A DNA stretch of 64,000 nt from the NCBI GenBank assembly GCA_964016885.1, contig OZ024741.1:35092001-35156000 (forward strand). The letters are read 5' to 3'. Made by a program: the position numbers and the translations under genes. Position 1 is the first letter of the stretch; the number at the start of each line of letters is the position of its first letter. The DNA comes from Eledone cirrhosa (lineage: Eukaryota). The notes under the pieces are model-generated. The model did not search any database. It saw nothing but the letters and a program-made list of their open reading frames with translations, and was not told where the DNA came from. Positions 12,670-28,718 of the stretch are shown here, one piece after another.

Positions 12670-14170
12670 TCTGGTTTTATAATTTTATAAATTTTTACCA
12701 ATAGAGAGAGAGAGTCGGTTTCTCACATAGATAGAAGACTCTCTCATTGGAATTTACACAACATCAACCAGGTAGATATGTTTGCATGTCTGCATGCATG
12801 CATGTGTGTTCAGGTATGGATGTATGTTGTAAGTGTGGGGGTGTATGTTTTGAGTTATATGTATGCATGTGTATATGCTTTGTATCTGTACATGTGCACA
12901 TGCAGTTATTAGATGCAGAATTTTTGGAATGTTTTACATATTGTTGCTGTTTCATTAATGGATTGTACTTGTAATTTTCTAACTAGTCGTGTTCTTTCTG
13001 TTTCTGTGAAGCCTAGCTTCTCAAGATTTGTACTGAGGAAGTTACTAACATATCTCAATACCCCAATAATCACAGGCATTAATCTGAATGTATAATCAGG
13101 GTGGAGTATCTGCAGATTTCTCATTAGTTCTGCATAGATATTCTCCTTTTCGTTAACCTTTAATATTATATTGTTATCTGTTGGGCAGCTAACTTCCACT
13201 ACTGTTCATGCCTTCTTTTCCCTGTCCCATATCATTATATCTGGTCTGTTATGCTTGCATTTTATTGGGGTTTTGACTGGAACATTCCACCAGTACCCTT
13301 TCATATTATGTATATGTATGTCTTCCACATTGCTGTAGCTTTCAATGTGTTTATTGTCGGGGATATCGTTTCAACGGATTGCATTGTACAGTGTTTTGAC
13401 CACTACATCATGCCTCATAGGTAGATAGTACCGCGATGACATCTTTGGACAGCTGCTTATGAGATGGGTGACATCTTCGATGTTAATTCTGCAGAGTCTG
13501 TACTTGTTGTCAGATCTAGGTGTTTTGCCTGCATCCCCATCTCATTTGTGAATCAGGTATTTTGTATTGATTTCCTGTTCTTGGATTGCAAAAGCGTATC
13601 CTTCAAAGTGGGAGCCATTATAACGGTTGTTGGTCCAAGATAGACTACCGTGCTTATCTATATTACTCTCACTCTGGAGCTTACCATCAACATATTCAAG
13701 CATGATTTTTAGCTGATAAGGATGCAGTTTTTCATCCATGGATGCGCTGCGGTATTGCTGAGCAACTTCCCTGGGTGTGAGTTTTTGATTATCATTCAGA
13801 GAGTATCTTTCAAGGGGTTCTTTCCCAACTCTCGTAATCTTATCTGTCTCATGCAGATAGACTTGCTCAGTATATGGGCCTCTACGCTTGGAGGTTCGTA
13901 AATGTTGTCGGAGGGATATGATGCGACACTCAAATGCTGTCCGGACCGATGTTAGGCCCCTGCCACCCTGCTTACGTTTCTAGTTGAGGCGGTCTATGTC
14001 ACTGTTGATGTGGAAGTTTCTGGCATTGTTTAGAATTTTTCGAGTTTTAACATCAATTTCTAGGATTTCGTCTATCGACCACTCCAGGATTCCAAACCTT
14101 GATGTAAGGACAGGTACAACAAACACTGTGAGCCACTGTTGTATTGTGCGGAGAGAGTTCCGATGACCAT
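12670..14170 (-). mobile_element. R4/Dong-like non-LTR retrotransposon 3' part (restriction-like endonuclease)
   Basis: RT-thumb-like IDVKTRKILN, QEQEINTKY, RPDI...EVSCP..NI..K..EK...Y; (TATG)n at both ends. Confidence 0.75.
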
Positions 14171-14859
14171 ATGTATGTATGTAAAAAACATTCGTCGGAA
14201 ATATTAGTCGACGAAGAGATGGAATATTCATTTTGCAGCAACACAAATTTAAACAATAGAAGTCGATAACAAAATATTTTCCATTACTGATATTATCAGC
14301 TGGTCGCAATTTCTGGTAGAAGGAGACGGGATCCGAACTTTTTGCTTTTAAATCTTGCTAAATCTTTCCAAATTCTTCATTATTTGAATATCATAGATAG
14401 TGTTTTTCATTAGAAATATGGTAACGAAGCGGTTGTGCAGCGAATTGGTAGAGTCGTTAGAACGTCGGATAGAATGTCTTGCCGTATTTGTTCCGACTCT
14501 TGTTGCTCTCCTAGTTCCAATCTGCCTTTTACCCTTTCAAGTTTGATAAAAATAAGGTACCAGTCGAGTACTGAGGTTGATTCTTCATCCATATCCCTTC
14601 TCTCTCTCTCTCTTCTCTCTATCGTTCTCTCTCTCTATCTATCTCTCTCTCTCTCTCTCTCTCGCTTTCTCTCTTTCTCATTCTTTAGAAGAAATCGGCT
14701 GTGAGTGGGGGGGGGGGCTCCACCAGGTCTAAAGTTTCTAAAACACAACATATATCAAACAGTACTCCTGCGACTCCATCAGGAGTTATGGATTCACGCA
14801 TACATACAACGACAGGATTAAAGTAATTCTCGATATTTATCGTTACCAAAAGAATCATA

Positions 14860-15690
14860 TCTGCAGATTAATTTCTGAGTTGCAAAGGAATTCAGAACGG
14901 TTTACCTCAAATGTGCTAGTAGGATGCCGGATTGTGCGGTGCCAAGCATTACAGTCAGCAGTCGGGGTGTTCCATTGGTGAGGGTCGGTGTTACATACTT
15001 TCATAGTCTCTTTTAGCGTGTCTTTGTATCGTATCGTTGTTCCGTCGGCCAGAAGACAATTGTCCATAGAGTACGATCTTTGGCGGGCAATGGTCTGCCA
15101 TTCTGGAGACACGCTCCACCCAGCGCAGCTGTGTCTTCATAAGAGTAGCCTCAATACTGGTGGTCTTGGCATTCTCAAGGACCTCTGTGTTGGTGATATA
15201 GCCACTCCTGTGGGTGTTTGATATGGTGCGCAGACAACATTGGTGGAATCTCTCCAGGAGGTAGGTGTGACGACTCGGAGTCGTATATGAGAATGACAAG
15301 GACTACAGCCCTGTAAATGCTGAGCTTTGTCTCGGTTTTGAAGTTGTAGTTTCTTCACATTCTTTTTGAGTCTACCAAAGACACTGCTGGCTTTAGCTAG
15401 TCTGTTGTCCAATTCCTCGCCGATTCTAGTATAGATGAAAATGCCACTCCCAAGACAGCAGAAATGCTGCACAGCATTCAGCTTGGTCTGCTTGATGGAA
15501 ATATTTGGTGGATCGTTTATATCCTGGAGAGCAGGATGATGGAAGGCTTCGGTCTTCTTCGAGCTGACATCTAGGCCAAAGAAGTCAGAAGCATTTGGAC
15601 AGTATGAAGTAAGGCGCTGCATGACTCCTTCAGTGGACGTAACAAGTGCAACATCGTCAGCAAATAGGAGCTCTCAGATCAGTTTCCTGT
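14860..15690 (-). mobile_element. RTE-clade LINE RT 3' fragment
   Basis: FGLDVSSKKTE, RLAKASSVFGRL, LERFHQCCLRTI, QLRW, RYKDTLK across frameshifted ORFs. Confidence 0.85.
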
Positions 15691-15934
15691 AGTTTTGATA
15701 TATATACCTGAAGGCGCATGGCTTAGTGGTTAGAGCATTGGGATTGCAATCGAAAGGTTGTTAGTTCAATTATCGGACCGGGTATGTGTTGTTTCCTTGA
15801 GTAAGACACTTTATTTCACGTTGCTCCAGTTTACTCAACTGTAGAAATGAGATGATAGGACTGGAGTCCCTATCATTAAATTACCCAAGACACCGCCAAT
15901 GAGATATACCTTGGAGGAGGCCAGCTAAAGCTGC

Positions 15935-16650
15935 ATAAGTGTGAGCTGTCACACACACACACATAAGTGTGAGCTGTCACACACACACACATAGGTGTGA
16001 GCTGTCACACACACACACATAAGTGTGAGCTGTCACACACACACACATAAGTGTGAGCTGTCACACACACACACATAAGTGTGAGCTGTCACACACACAC
16101 ACATAGGTGTGAGCTGTCACACACACACACATAAGTGTGAGCTGTCACACACACACACATAAGTGTGAGCTGTCACACACACACACATAAGTGTGAGCTG
16201 TCACACACACATACATAGGTGTGAGCTGTCACACACACACACATAAGTGTGAGCTGTCACACACACACACATAAGTGTGAGCTGTCACACACACACACAT
16301 AAGTGTGAGCTGTCACACACATAGGTGTGAGCTGTCACACACACACACATAGGTGTGAGCTGTCACACACACACACATAAGTGTGAGCTGTCACACACAC
16401 ACACATAGGTGTGAGCTGTCACACACACACACATAAGTGTGAGCTGTCACACACACACACATAAGTGTGAGCTGTCACACACACACACATAGGTGTGAGC
16501 TGTCACACACACACACATAGGTGTGAGCTGTCACACACACACACATAGGTGTGAGCTGTCACACACACACACATAGGTGTGAGCTGTCACACACACACAC
16601 ATAAGTGTGGGCTGTCACACACACACACATAGGTGTGAGCTGTCACACAC
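15935..16650. repeat. 28-bp minisatellite, about 25 copies
   Basis: Unit ATARGTGTGAGCTGTCACACACACACAC. Confidence 0.95.
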
Positions 16651-16983
16651 AACCATGGCAGGTTCAAGAGGCTTTCATCGGTGAGGAATCTGGTGTAGAC
16701 ACTCGTCTTCTTACAGGTTTTTCGTGGCTTGTTTTAGCATTGTGGATACATCATGGATGCTCTTATAACACCATAGAAGTAAGAATACATAAAGATAAAC
16801 AGAGAGAAGGTTACATAAATATATACTTCTCCAAGTAAGCGACATTCTGTAAAAGTAATCACCGGAAAATAATGTCAGTTACATGTGCACAGAAGACAGA
16901 AGCTGTTGTCTGAACTTGACCCCGATTGCCATTTTATTCCGTATATCATTGCGCCTGCGCCAAGAAAAGTCACTACAGATGCA

Positions 16984-17017
<34 letters not shown>

Positions 17018-17092
17018 CATACATACATACATACATACATACATACATACATACATACATACATACATACATGCATACATACATACCTATAC

Positions 17093-17690
17093 ACACGAAC
17101 GAATGTCGTCTCGCTACTACCTCCCTTTGAGACACGATGTGATAGCTAGAACCATCTGGAGCGCACTTAGTAAAACAAAATTAAAAGCAAATGATGAGGA
17201 ATATGTTGAGATAGATGGCACTAAGGAATACTGGAGGAATCTGAAAATAAAAACTGCCACCAAATTAAAACACAACCGGCCTGATATTGTTGTTTGGGAC
17301 CACACATTGAAAACGTGCTCTGTTGTAGAGATCAGCTGCCCACTTAATGTCAACGTTGTAATAAAAATACAAGAGAAGGAGGACCATTGATTAGGAGTTT
17401 GCAGATCCAGTATCCAAGATACACCTTCAGCTGCATACCCATTATTATTGGAACTACAGGTTATATACCAGCCCGCTTGGACCAAAGTATAACTGAACTT
17501 AGATTTGTGGACAAAGAATGCAGCTCCTTAATTCATGGATACAAATGGCTACGATAGCTGGCACCTTGAAAATTTACAAAACATTCTTGCGATTCAAGGG
17601 ATGACAATTTCTTTTCTTTTACAACCTTGCCACTAGGAAGGTGGCCGGTCAAAAATGTACTCGAAATTAAGAGAAAGAGAAACATATATT
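17093..17690 (+). mobile_element. R4-like LINE 3' fragment, second family
   Basis: YLPLRHDVIAR, KHNRPDIVVWD, VVEISCPLNVNV; 5' end abuts (TACA)n. Confidence 0.8.
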
Positions 17691-18664
17691 CATACATACA
17701 TATATGTATGTAAAAGGTAAACAGAAATAACAACACAATCGGTACAATATATGGAAGGAATATATTAGCTTAACGCTTGAAATAGCAGGAAGAGGGTTTT
17801 AACGTTTCGGGCGCAAGTCCTTCAACAGAAGAAAGAATGAGAAATAAGGTAGATTGAAGGGACGGGCGGGGTGGAATTGGAAAAAATGTCTTTAAATAAA
17901 AATAACAGGTCCATTCAGCTTGGTCTGCTTGATGGAAATATTTGGTGGATCGTATATATCCTGGAGAGCAGGATGATGGAAGGCTTCGGTCTTCTTCGAG
18001 CTGACATATAGGCCAAAGAAGTCATACATGCCTGCACACACACATGCATACATACATGGCTGCACACACACATGCATGCATATCTACCTAGTTGTTGTTT
18101 AAATTCCAATGAGAAAGTTTTGGAAACCGACTCTCTCTTTCTCTCTAAAGGTAAAAATTTATAAAATTATAAAACCAGAAGAGCATACATATATATATAT
18201 ACATACTTATATACATATATGCATACATATACATACATACACATACAAACATACATACATACATGATGGCTGTCCCCTCATTATCGAGTATGGCCATTGC
18301 ACGATATACCATTATTAATAATTATTAATTAATTCTATCGTGCAATGCCTGTGCGTGAAAATATCTTTTAAAGTGAGGAAAGACTGTGCACTGAGCCAAT
18401 CCCACTCTCTGAGCGACAGTAGCTATAACCCGCAAAGAAGAAAATATCAACATCATCGGTAACTAATGAGCCGCAGGTTTTATGTCGGAGTTATCCCAGT
18501 TTCCTGAGTTGCCTTCTCCTAGAAGAATGCCCTGACAAAGGCTAGGGGTCCTTCACTCCCACTGGTTTAACCGCGCGATCGAGTATCCACCCCGATTATT
18601 TCTATGTCCCCGCGCATATACATACACATGTATACACGTATATACATATTTACATATATTTACA

Positions 18665-19258
<594 letters not shown>

Positions 19259-19408
19259 ATACATACATATATACATACATATGTATACATATATATGCAT
19301 ACATATATACATACATATATACATACATATACATACATATATATACATACATATACATACATACATATACATACATATACATACATATATATACATACAT
19401 ATAGATAC

Positions 19409-19441
<33 letters not shown>

Positions 19442-19850
19442 CATATACATACATATATATAGATACATTTACATACATATATACATACATATAGATATGT
19501 ATTCTTTTCAGGATGAATAATAAAAAGAATGATGCCAGAATTGCGTTGTTGACAATGTTTATTTTTCAATAACAAAATTCACTTGTTGGTTCATCGAATA
19601 TCGAGTAATAAAATCGTGACAGCAATTATCACTACATTAATTTCTTATTAGCTTCTTCGAGCTAGCGTAAATGCATGTATCACAAAAACGATATAGTAAA
19701 AGTTGTGTTGTACTTTTCAGTAGTAGAGAAATGACAGGAAAGCGAAAGAATAGATATAGTGTAGTAGGGAATAATTCAATTCAATATATTTGGCAGAAAA
19801 TAAAACATAGATGCTTCAGATGCCATGTAAGGAGGGGAGAGGGGCAAAAT

Positions 19851-20270
19851 TTACACAGTCGGAAACACAGTGGTCCAACACCGGTCCAATTTCGCCTTGA
19901 ATTGTTGCGTGGTTGGTGCGTTGACTACTTCTTCTGGAAGCCGATTCCAGGGTCCAGAGATGCGTATCGAGAAAGCAGCTTTCCGTCTATTTAGGCGAAA
20001 GCGGCAGTGAAACAGCTTTGTGTCATGTCCACGTAGACCCCTTTCAAGTGCCGGAGTGAATAGGAGATCTTGAGGGAGATCGTAATGGCCATTGAAGAGA
20101 TTGTAAGCCAAAATGAGATCGCCTCGTAGCCGTCGACGCTCCAAGGAGAAGAGGTTCAGCTTCTGCAGCCCGCTTTCGTAGGGCAGCTCATGAAGACCCT
20201 GTACCATTCGAGTCGCTAGTCGTTGAACTCTCTCCAAGAAAACTCTCTCCAATATAAGGAAACCTACTGG
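19851..20270 (-). mobile_element. CR1-group LINE ORF2 C-terminal fragment
   Basis: [40 protein letters not shown]. Confidence 0.88.
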
Positions 20271-20318
20271 GTCTGTCTGTCTGTGCGTGCGTGCGTGCAT
20301 GCGTGCGTGCGTGCGTGC

Positions 20319-20350
<32 letters not shown>

Positions 20351-20830
20351 TTATCCTTAACATACGTTGTACCTGTAGTAGTGGTCAATCTGTCGAGCTG
20401 GTGTGAAATATGAGAGCATAGTAAACAGACTGTATTCGCGAAGAGAAATTTCACAGCATTGGCAGAACTTTCTTCTCTCGTCTGCGTTATCACTATCCCT
20501 GGTTCCTTTCTCGAAGCCATTGTATTTATAATGATATTATAGCTAGAAGGATGTGTATATGGTTTGATTTAGTAGCAGCCATGTGTGTTTCATCTGTCAA
20601 GTGCCTGGAGTCACAGGTCAAGTGGTATATACGTTTATCATAGTTGTCTCTTGACAGGACAATGGTGAGAACTCCCAACAATAGGTGGTTTTAGAGGCGA
20701 GAAATTTTAGATTCGGTTTTGAATCTTCTCCAGGTAAAACATAGTAGAATTCTGTTACAGATATATATAAATGCGCGCGTGTGTGTGTGTTTGTGCGCGC
20801 GTGTGTGTGTGTGTGTGTTTGTGCGTGCGC

Positions 20831-20865
<35 letters not shown>

Positions 20866-22169
20866 TGCGTGCGTGTGTGTATGTGTGTGTGTGTGTGTGT
20901 GTGCGCACGTGTGTTTGTGACGAGTTTCCACAGTTTCCGTCTACCAAATTTCACTCACAAGGCATTAGTTAACTCGAGGCTGTAGTAGAAGACATTTGTC
21001 CTCGGTGTTACGAATTAGAACTGAACTCAAAACCACGTGGTTACAAAGAGAACTCTTTAACCACACATTCATGCAGCAATTTGTTTAAAACTTTTCGTTG
21101 TAAAATATAGAATTTCTCATCGAGCTGTGTTTTATTTTTTTTTAGACGTATTTAGAGAGGATTTTAATCTCCGGCAAAGATGCTTTCTTATTTATTTATT
21201 TATTTATTTATTTATATATTTATTTACTTATATATTTATTTATTTATTTATCTATTTATTTATCTATTTATTTATCTATTTATTTATTTATTTGTTCTGA
21301 ACGAAGCTTTTTTCTCTACCAAAAACCTTCATTATTTGAGATTCTCAAAGTCAACTTATGAGTGTATTCCGCACACTGGGATTTCAAACTATTTGCACGC
21401 TCTATGGTGTTCGTTAAAATAATAATATGCAATATTATGTTGAAATAATTCACTATCAAAACAAAAGTTTTGCAATTCTTTGATTGTTCAACCTTAAACA
21501 GTTTGAGTATCATTGCTTTAAAGATAACACCGAACCAAAGGGTTAAATTGTTTAAAAGAATAAACATAAAAAAAGAAACATTAGCTGTCTTATATTCTAC
21601 TGTAGAAGGTGATTTGGGATTTGGGGCAAGGCACTTTGTTCTACTTAACCTCATTCTATATACACAGCTGAAAATATGCACACCCTGCAATCTGGGTGAC
21701 CCAGTACACAAAGTGTTTGGTAGATGGGTCAAATATTTTGTTTTGAGAATCGGTATTTTCAGAGGAATGCTAAGGAATCATTGCATCTATTGCAAGACTT
21801 TTCTTTTTAATTTGACATTTTTTTTCTCTTTCAAGAATATACATTAGTTTTGCTTGACGTTCAACATTCTATATATTTTTACACTCTGAACCTCACCGAC
21901 TTTGTTCCCTATTTTTGTCACTACTTTATTCGTAGCATCATTTAATAGTAATATTTGACAGCCTTCCAAGATCATCTGCAATAATCATAATTCACCACAG
22001 TCAAAGATGCATAAACAAATAAGAAGACATGTACGATACTTTCCTTGTTAAATTCTGAGTACAAATCCCGCCGAGGTTAACTTTGCCTTTCATCCTTACG
22101 GGGTCGATAAAGTAATGTACTGGGTAATTGCTGGCCTTGTGCCAAAAGTAGGAACAATTATATATATAT

Positions 22170-22400
22170 ATGTTTATCCCGGGTTCAATCGGGGGTAACC
22201 ACAGTAAGTAAGGTACTCAATACATAGCAGAGTATAAATATTTAATATAGAAATGGCTTCTACAGGACTAGAACTGTTTCATTCGGGAGAAATCATCAAG
22301 AAGTGTACAGATTAAAGTTTCAGCAAAGAATCGCTGCTATCACCCTTAACGGGATCTATTCTTATCGAGCCTCTTCGGATTTTAGTCTTCACATTTATTA
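22170..22400 (-). mobile_element. PLE terminal repeat with HHR (22257-22303)
   Basis: cttc-TTGATGA-tttc...gaat-GAAAC-ag...ct-GTA-gaag; related to 54225-54360 and 54100-54145. Confidence 0.7.
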
Positions 22401-22413
22401 TTATTACTATATT

Positions 22414-22455
<42 letters not shown>

Positions 22456-22456
22456 T

Positions 22457-23641
<1,185 letters not shown>

Positions 23642-23665
23642 TCACACACACTCATACACATACAT

Positions 23666-23702
<37 letters not shown>

Positions 23703-23832
23703 TACATACATACACACACATACACACACATATACACACATACATACACACATATGCATACACACACACATGTATGTATGTATATATATATATATGAAAA
23801 TATGGGTGAGTAGAATACTGCTGGTTGCACAT

Positions 23833-25140
<1,308 letters not shown>

Positions 25141-25144
25141 TATA

Positions 25145-25385
<241 letters not shown>

Positions 25386-25392
25386 TACATAC

Positions 25393-25464
<72 letters not shown>

Positions 25465-25465
<1 letters not shown>

Positions 25466-25982
25466 TTTTGAGTTTATGTTGGTTGTATACCAACACCTCA
25501 GTATGCAGGCTGGAGCACTCGACGAAGTGCGCAGGTTGGTTTGGTTACTCCGGAGTAGTGTAAAATAAAGTTAAATAAAAGTCAAATGATTAAAATTTAG
25601 CTTCGTTTATTACTGCCATATATATTTCAGTGACAGCCATCTTTGGCTGTGACCTCTTCAGGCAGTTTGAATTAGTATGGTATAGACAAGTACATATGTT
25701 GTTTAGGTGTATAATATTGTCAATACTCTGATATGCCCAGTTCCTTGTTGGGTTGTTAATTCACTGATATGACTCCAGTTCCTCAGTGAATTAACAACCC
25801 AACAAGGAACTGGGCATATCAGAGTATTGACAATATTATACACCTAAACAACATATGTACTTGTCTATACCATACTAATTCAAACTGCCTGAAGAGGTCA
25901 CAGCCAAAGATGGCTGTCACTGAAATATATATAGCAGTAATAAACGAAGCTAAATTTTAATCATTTGACTTTTATTTAACTT

Positions 25983-25989
<7 letters not shown>
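25465..25989 (-). mobile_element. PLE terminal repeat folded into a ~205-bp palindrome
   Basis: Arms 25561-25767 / 25783-25989, tail 25465-25560; same family as 43480-43798. Confidence 0.85.
25884..25938 (+). ncRNA. Type I hammerhead (copies 25612-25666 -, 43598-43652 +)
   Basis: actgc-CTGAAGA-ggtcacagcca-aaga-tggctgtcact-GAAA-tatata-TA-gcagt. Confidence 0.85.
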
Positions 25990-26071
<82 letters not shown>

Positions 26072-26136
26072 TCACAGAAAAAAAATATATATCACAGAAA
26101 AAAGAGAATCAGTGTTGCGACGAATGGAATTTATTG

Positions 26137-26232
26137 GACATATTACAATCGTTTCTCTGGCGACCTGCTCGAGGCACGATCGATGTGATGATCGAACCTG
26201 ACTCTGAAAATCGCAAGGTCCTCAGATACGTC
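26137..26232 (-). ncRNA. Type I hammerhead with long stem II (related copy 60205-60294 +)
   Basis: gacgtat-CTGAGGA-~60 nt-GAAAC-gatt-GTA-atatgtc. Confidence 0.7.
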
Positions 26233-26599
26233 TTGATTCTACCAATTATATATATATATATATATATTAGAAAATGAGTTTTTTTTTACAAAATGAAAAT
26301 AAAACGTGATGTCCTACACGAGTGAAAGTATAAGGAAAAAAGATGCAATTGAAAATGCAACGGGAGTCTTTTTAAGAATATTTATTTGGTTCCTTTGCCG
26401 GTTTCGCAATTCTTGTGCTTTTCAAAAGTAGAATTGAGATCGAGGGTTTGTAGTTTTTCTCGCATATGGTTGGTGTTCGAATGTTACTTCTGTTTTATAT
26501 GGAAAAAAGTGGCTCGAAATGCTAGGTTTTTAGAAAAGTAATTTGGTTGGTTGAAGACTGTCACGTGAATAAGTATAATAAATTTCCTGTTTAACAAGA

Positions 26600-27340
26600 C
26601 CTCCTGTTTAACGAGCTCAGGTCTCTGAACATAGATGTGGTGGCCATCAGCGAGACCAAAATTTCGAGGTGTACGCGTTTTCAAACTATATCCGTAATCG
26701 GAAGGTGGAGTCACTGAGTTGTTTCGGAAAGGTCTAGATCTCACGATACGGACCATTTTCCTGGACTCAGGATGTAAGTCGGTGATGCTGGATGTGACCA
26801 GCAGCGAAGTCAATGCCTTCAGACTAGTAGCCGTCAACGCCCGACAACGACGAAATGGTCAGACTTCTTCAGGTGCCTAGGGGCCTTCCTAGGAGCATCC
26901 CACTTTTAATGTTAGTGGGATAATAGAAGAATTTATAGGACTGTGTGGAGCTAGCAGATAGGGAAGCTGATGTAAAAGCTTCGCAAACTTGTTCAAACTT
27001 TTCTAACTGGATCTCCCGAATGTGCCAACATATACATGGTCAAACCGCATCGGGTCATCCAGATAAGATCTAGATAGAGTGTTCGGTAGGTCAACGGATA
27101 AGAACAGCGTAGGTTGTCCACAATTTGAAGTGGTTGACTACACAGACTACAAATTTGTGATCTGGTCGGTGGACATAGATAAGCGTCGTAGGCAGAGACA
27201 CGGTTACCGGAAGGTGAAAATGTCGTTCTCGGCGCACAAAGCTTACAGAAATGGAATTAGCGAGCTGGTTAAGTGGACGTTGACGGGCTGGTCAGTGCCG
27301 AATACACCGTATCTCTTATGTTGTGGACTACCTCTTATGG
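26600..27340 (+). pseudogene. L1/Tx1-clade APE endonuclease relic
   Basis: Frameshifted motifs DVVAISET, FRLVAV.AP, TWSNRIGSS..LDRV, TD.KFV, GY.K. Confidence 0.7.
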
Positions 27341-27385
27341 AAACAGAAAAAAGTGTCACCAAAGAAGATCCGGTTCACTGCAACT

Positions 27386-27418
<33 letters not shown>

Positions 27419-28384
27419 ATTCTATTGGTCCTCTTTTGCAACCATTTCCTCTATATAACACCAGTTTGAACATTAACATCAACACACAAAACTTTACATT
27501 ACATCAGATAATTCAGTGCTATATTTAAACGTCGCTGCCTCTGTATTAATACTATACTAAATATTTATATTATACCTCAGGGTTTAAATTATGTGTGTCG
27601 TGTGTGTGAAATAGAGATAGAGAAAATCTATATATGTATGTATTTGTGTTTGTGTTAACGTGAATGTTTGTGTATGTGCGTGCGTGTTTGAGTGTATGAG
27701 TCTGTGTAATCGTGTGTATTTTATGAGTGCTTATTTGTAAATGGATGTTTGTGTGTATGCGAGAGTGCATGCGTATATAATGTGTATGTGTGTATGTGTG
27801 TCTGCGCTTGTTCCACATAGGATATTGATATATATCTGAAACTATTCGTGTCAACAACCCCAACATATGCGGTCATTATGTCTCTCACGTTAGAAATCTA
27901 GAACTCACAAGACTATCATCCCCAGAGACGGAGCAGTAATTGCACAGAGACGAAACAAACTTTCAAAAGAGGCAGAGTAAAAGAAAGAGAGAGAGAAATA
28001 TTACCGAGTAACAAAGAACACAATGCTGGAATTGAAAAATAAAACTCATTTTGCGACAAATTATTGAAGTTAAAATAATTGTTTCTACTTTGGGCACAAG
28101 GTCAGCAAATACCCAGTGCATTACTGGTACTTTATTTTATCGACCCCATAAGGATGCAAGGCAAAGTCAACCTCGGCGGGATTTGAACTCAGACCGTAAA
28201 GGGACGTAACTATGCTGGAAAGCATGGCGTCCGACCCTCTACCTATACTGCCAATCCACCGCTCTTATTGAAGCTAAAATAATATGTATGAAAATGTATG
28301 TATATGTATGGACCCATAACTCCTAGTGGGAGTCGTAAGGGCGCCGCAGTGACATACGGCATTTCTTCGAAATTCTCTCAGAGG

Positions 28385-28718
28385 AGAGAGTGAGAAAGAG
28401 AAAGAGAGGGCGAGAGGGGGGGGGGGAAGAGAAAGAAAGAGGGAGAGAGGGGGAGAGCGAAGAAATGAGAAAGAGAGGGCGAGAATGAGAAAGAGAAAGA
28501 GAGGGAGAGAGGGAGAGAGCGAGAAAGAGAAAGAGAGGGCGAGAGTGAGAAAGAGAAAGAGAGGGCGAGAGGGAGAGAGCGAGAAAGAGAAAGAGTGGGC
28601 GAAAGTGAGAAAGAGAAGGCGAGAGCGAGAGAGAGGGGGAGAGAGCGAGAAAGAGAAAGAGAGAGCGAGAAAGAGAAAGAAAGGGTGAGAGAGGGAGAGA
28701 GCGAAGAAATGAGAAAGC
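28385..28718. repeat. Purine-rich GA complex minisatellite
   Basis: Repeated gagaaagagaaagagaggg units. Confidence 0.85.

Noticed and set aside
14717-14792. Minus-strand HHR-like motif (CTGATGG...GAAAC...GTG)
   Set aside because: Two core mismatches and weak stems; at best a dead relic. Likewise 17797-17830 and 51325-51352.
15935-16650. CRISPR-like 28-bp repeats
   Set aside because: No unique spacers, no cas genes, eukaryotic context.
21316-21847. Overlapping 125-138 aa ORFs
   Set aside because: No convincing motif; possibly an old LINE 3' remnant.
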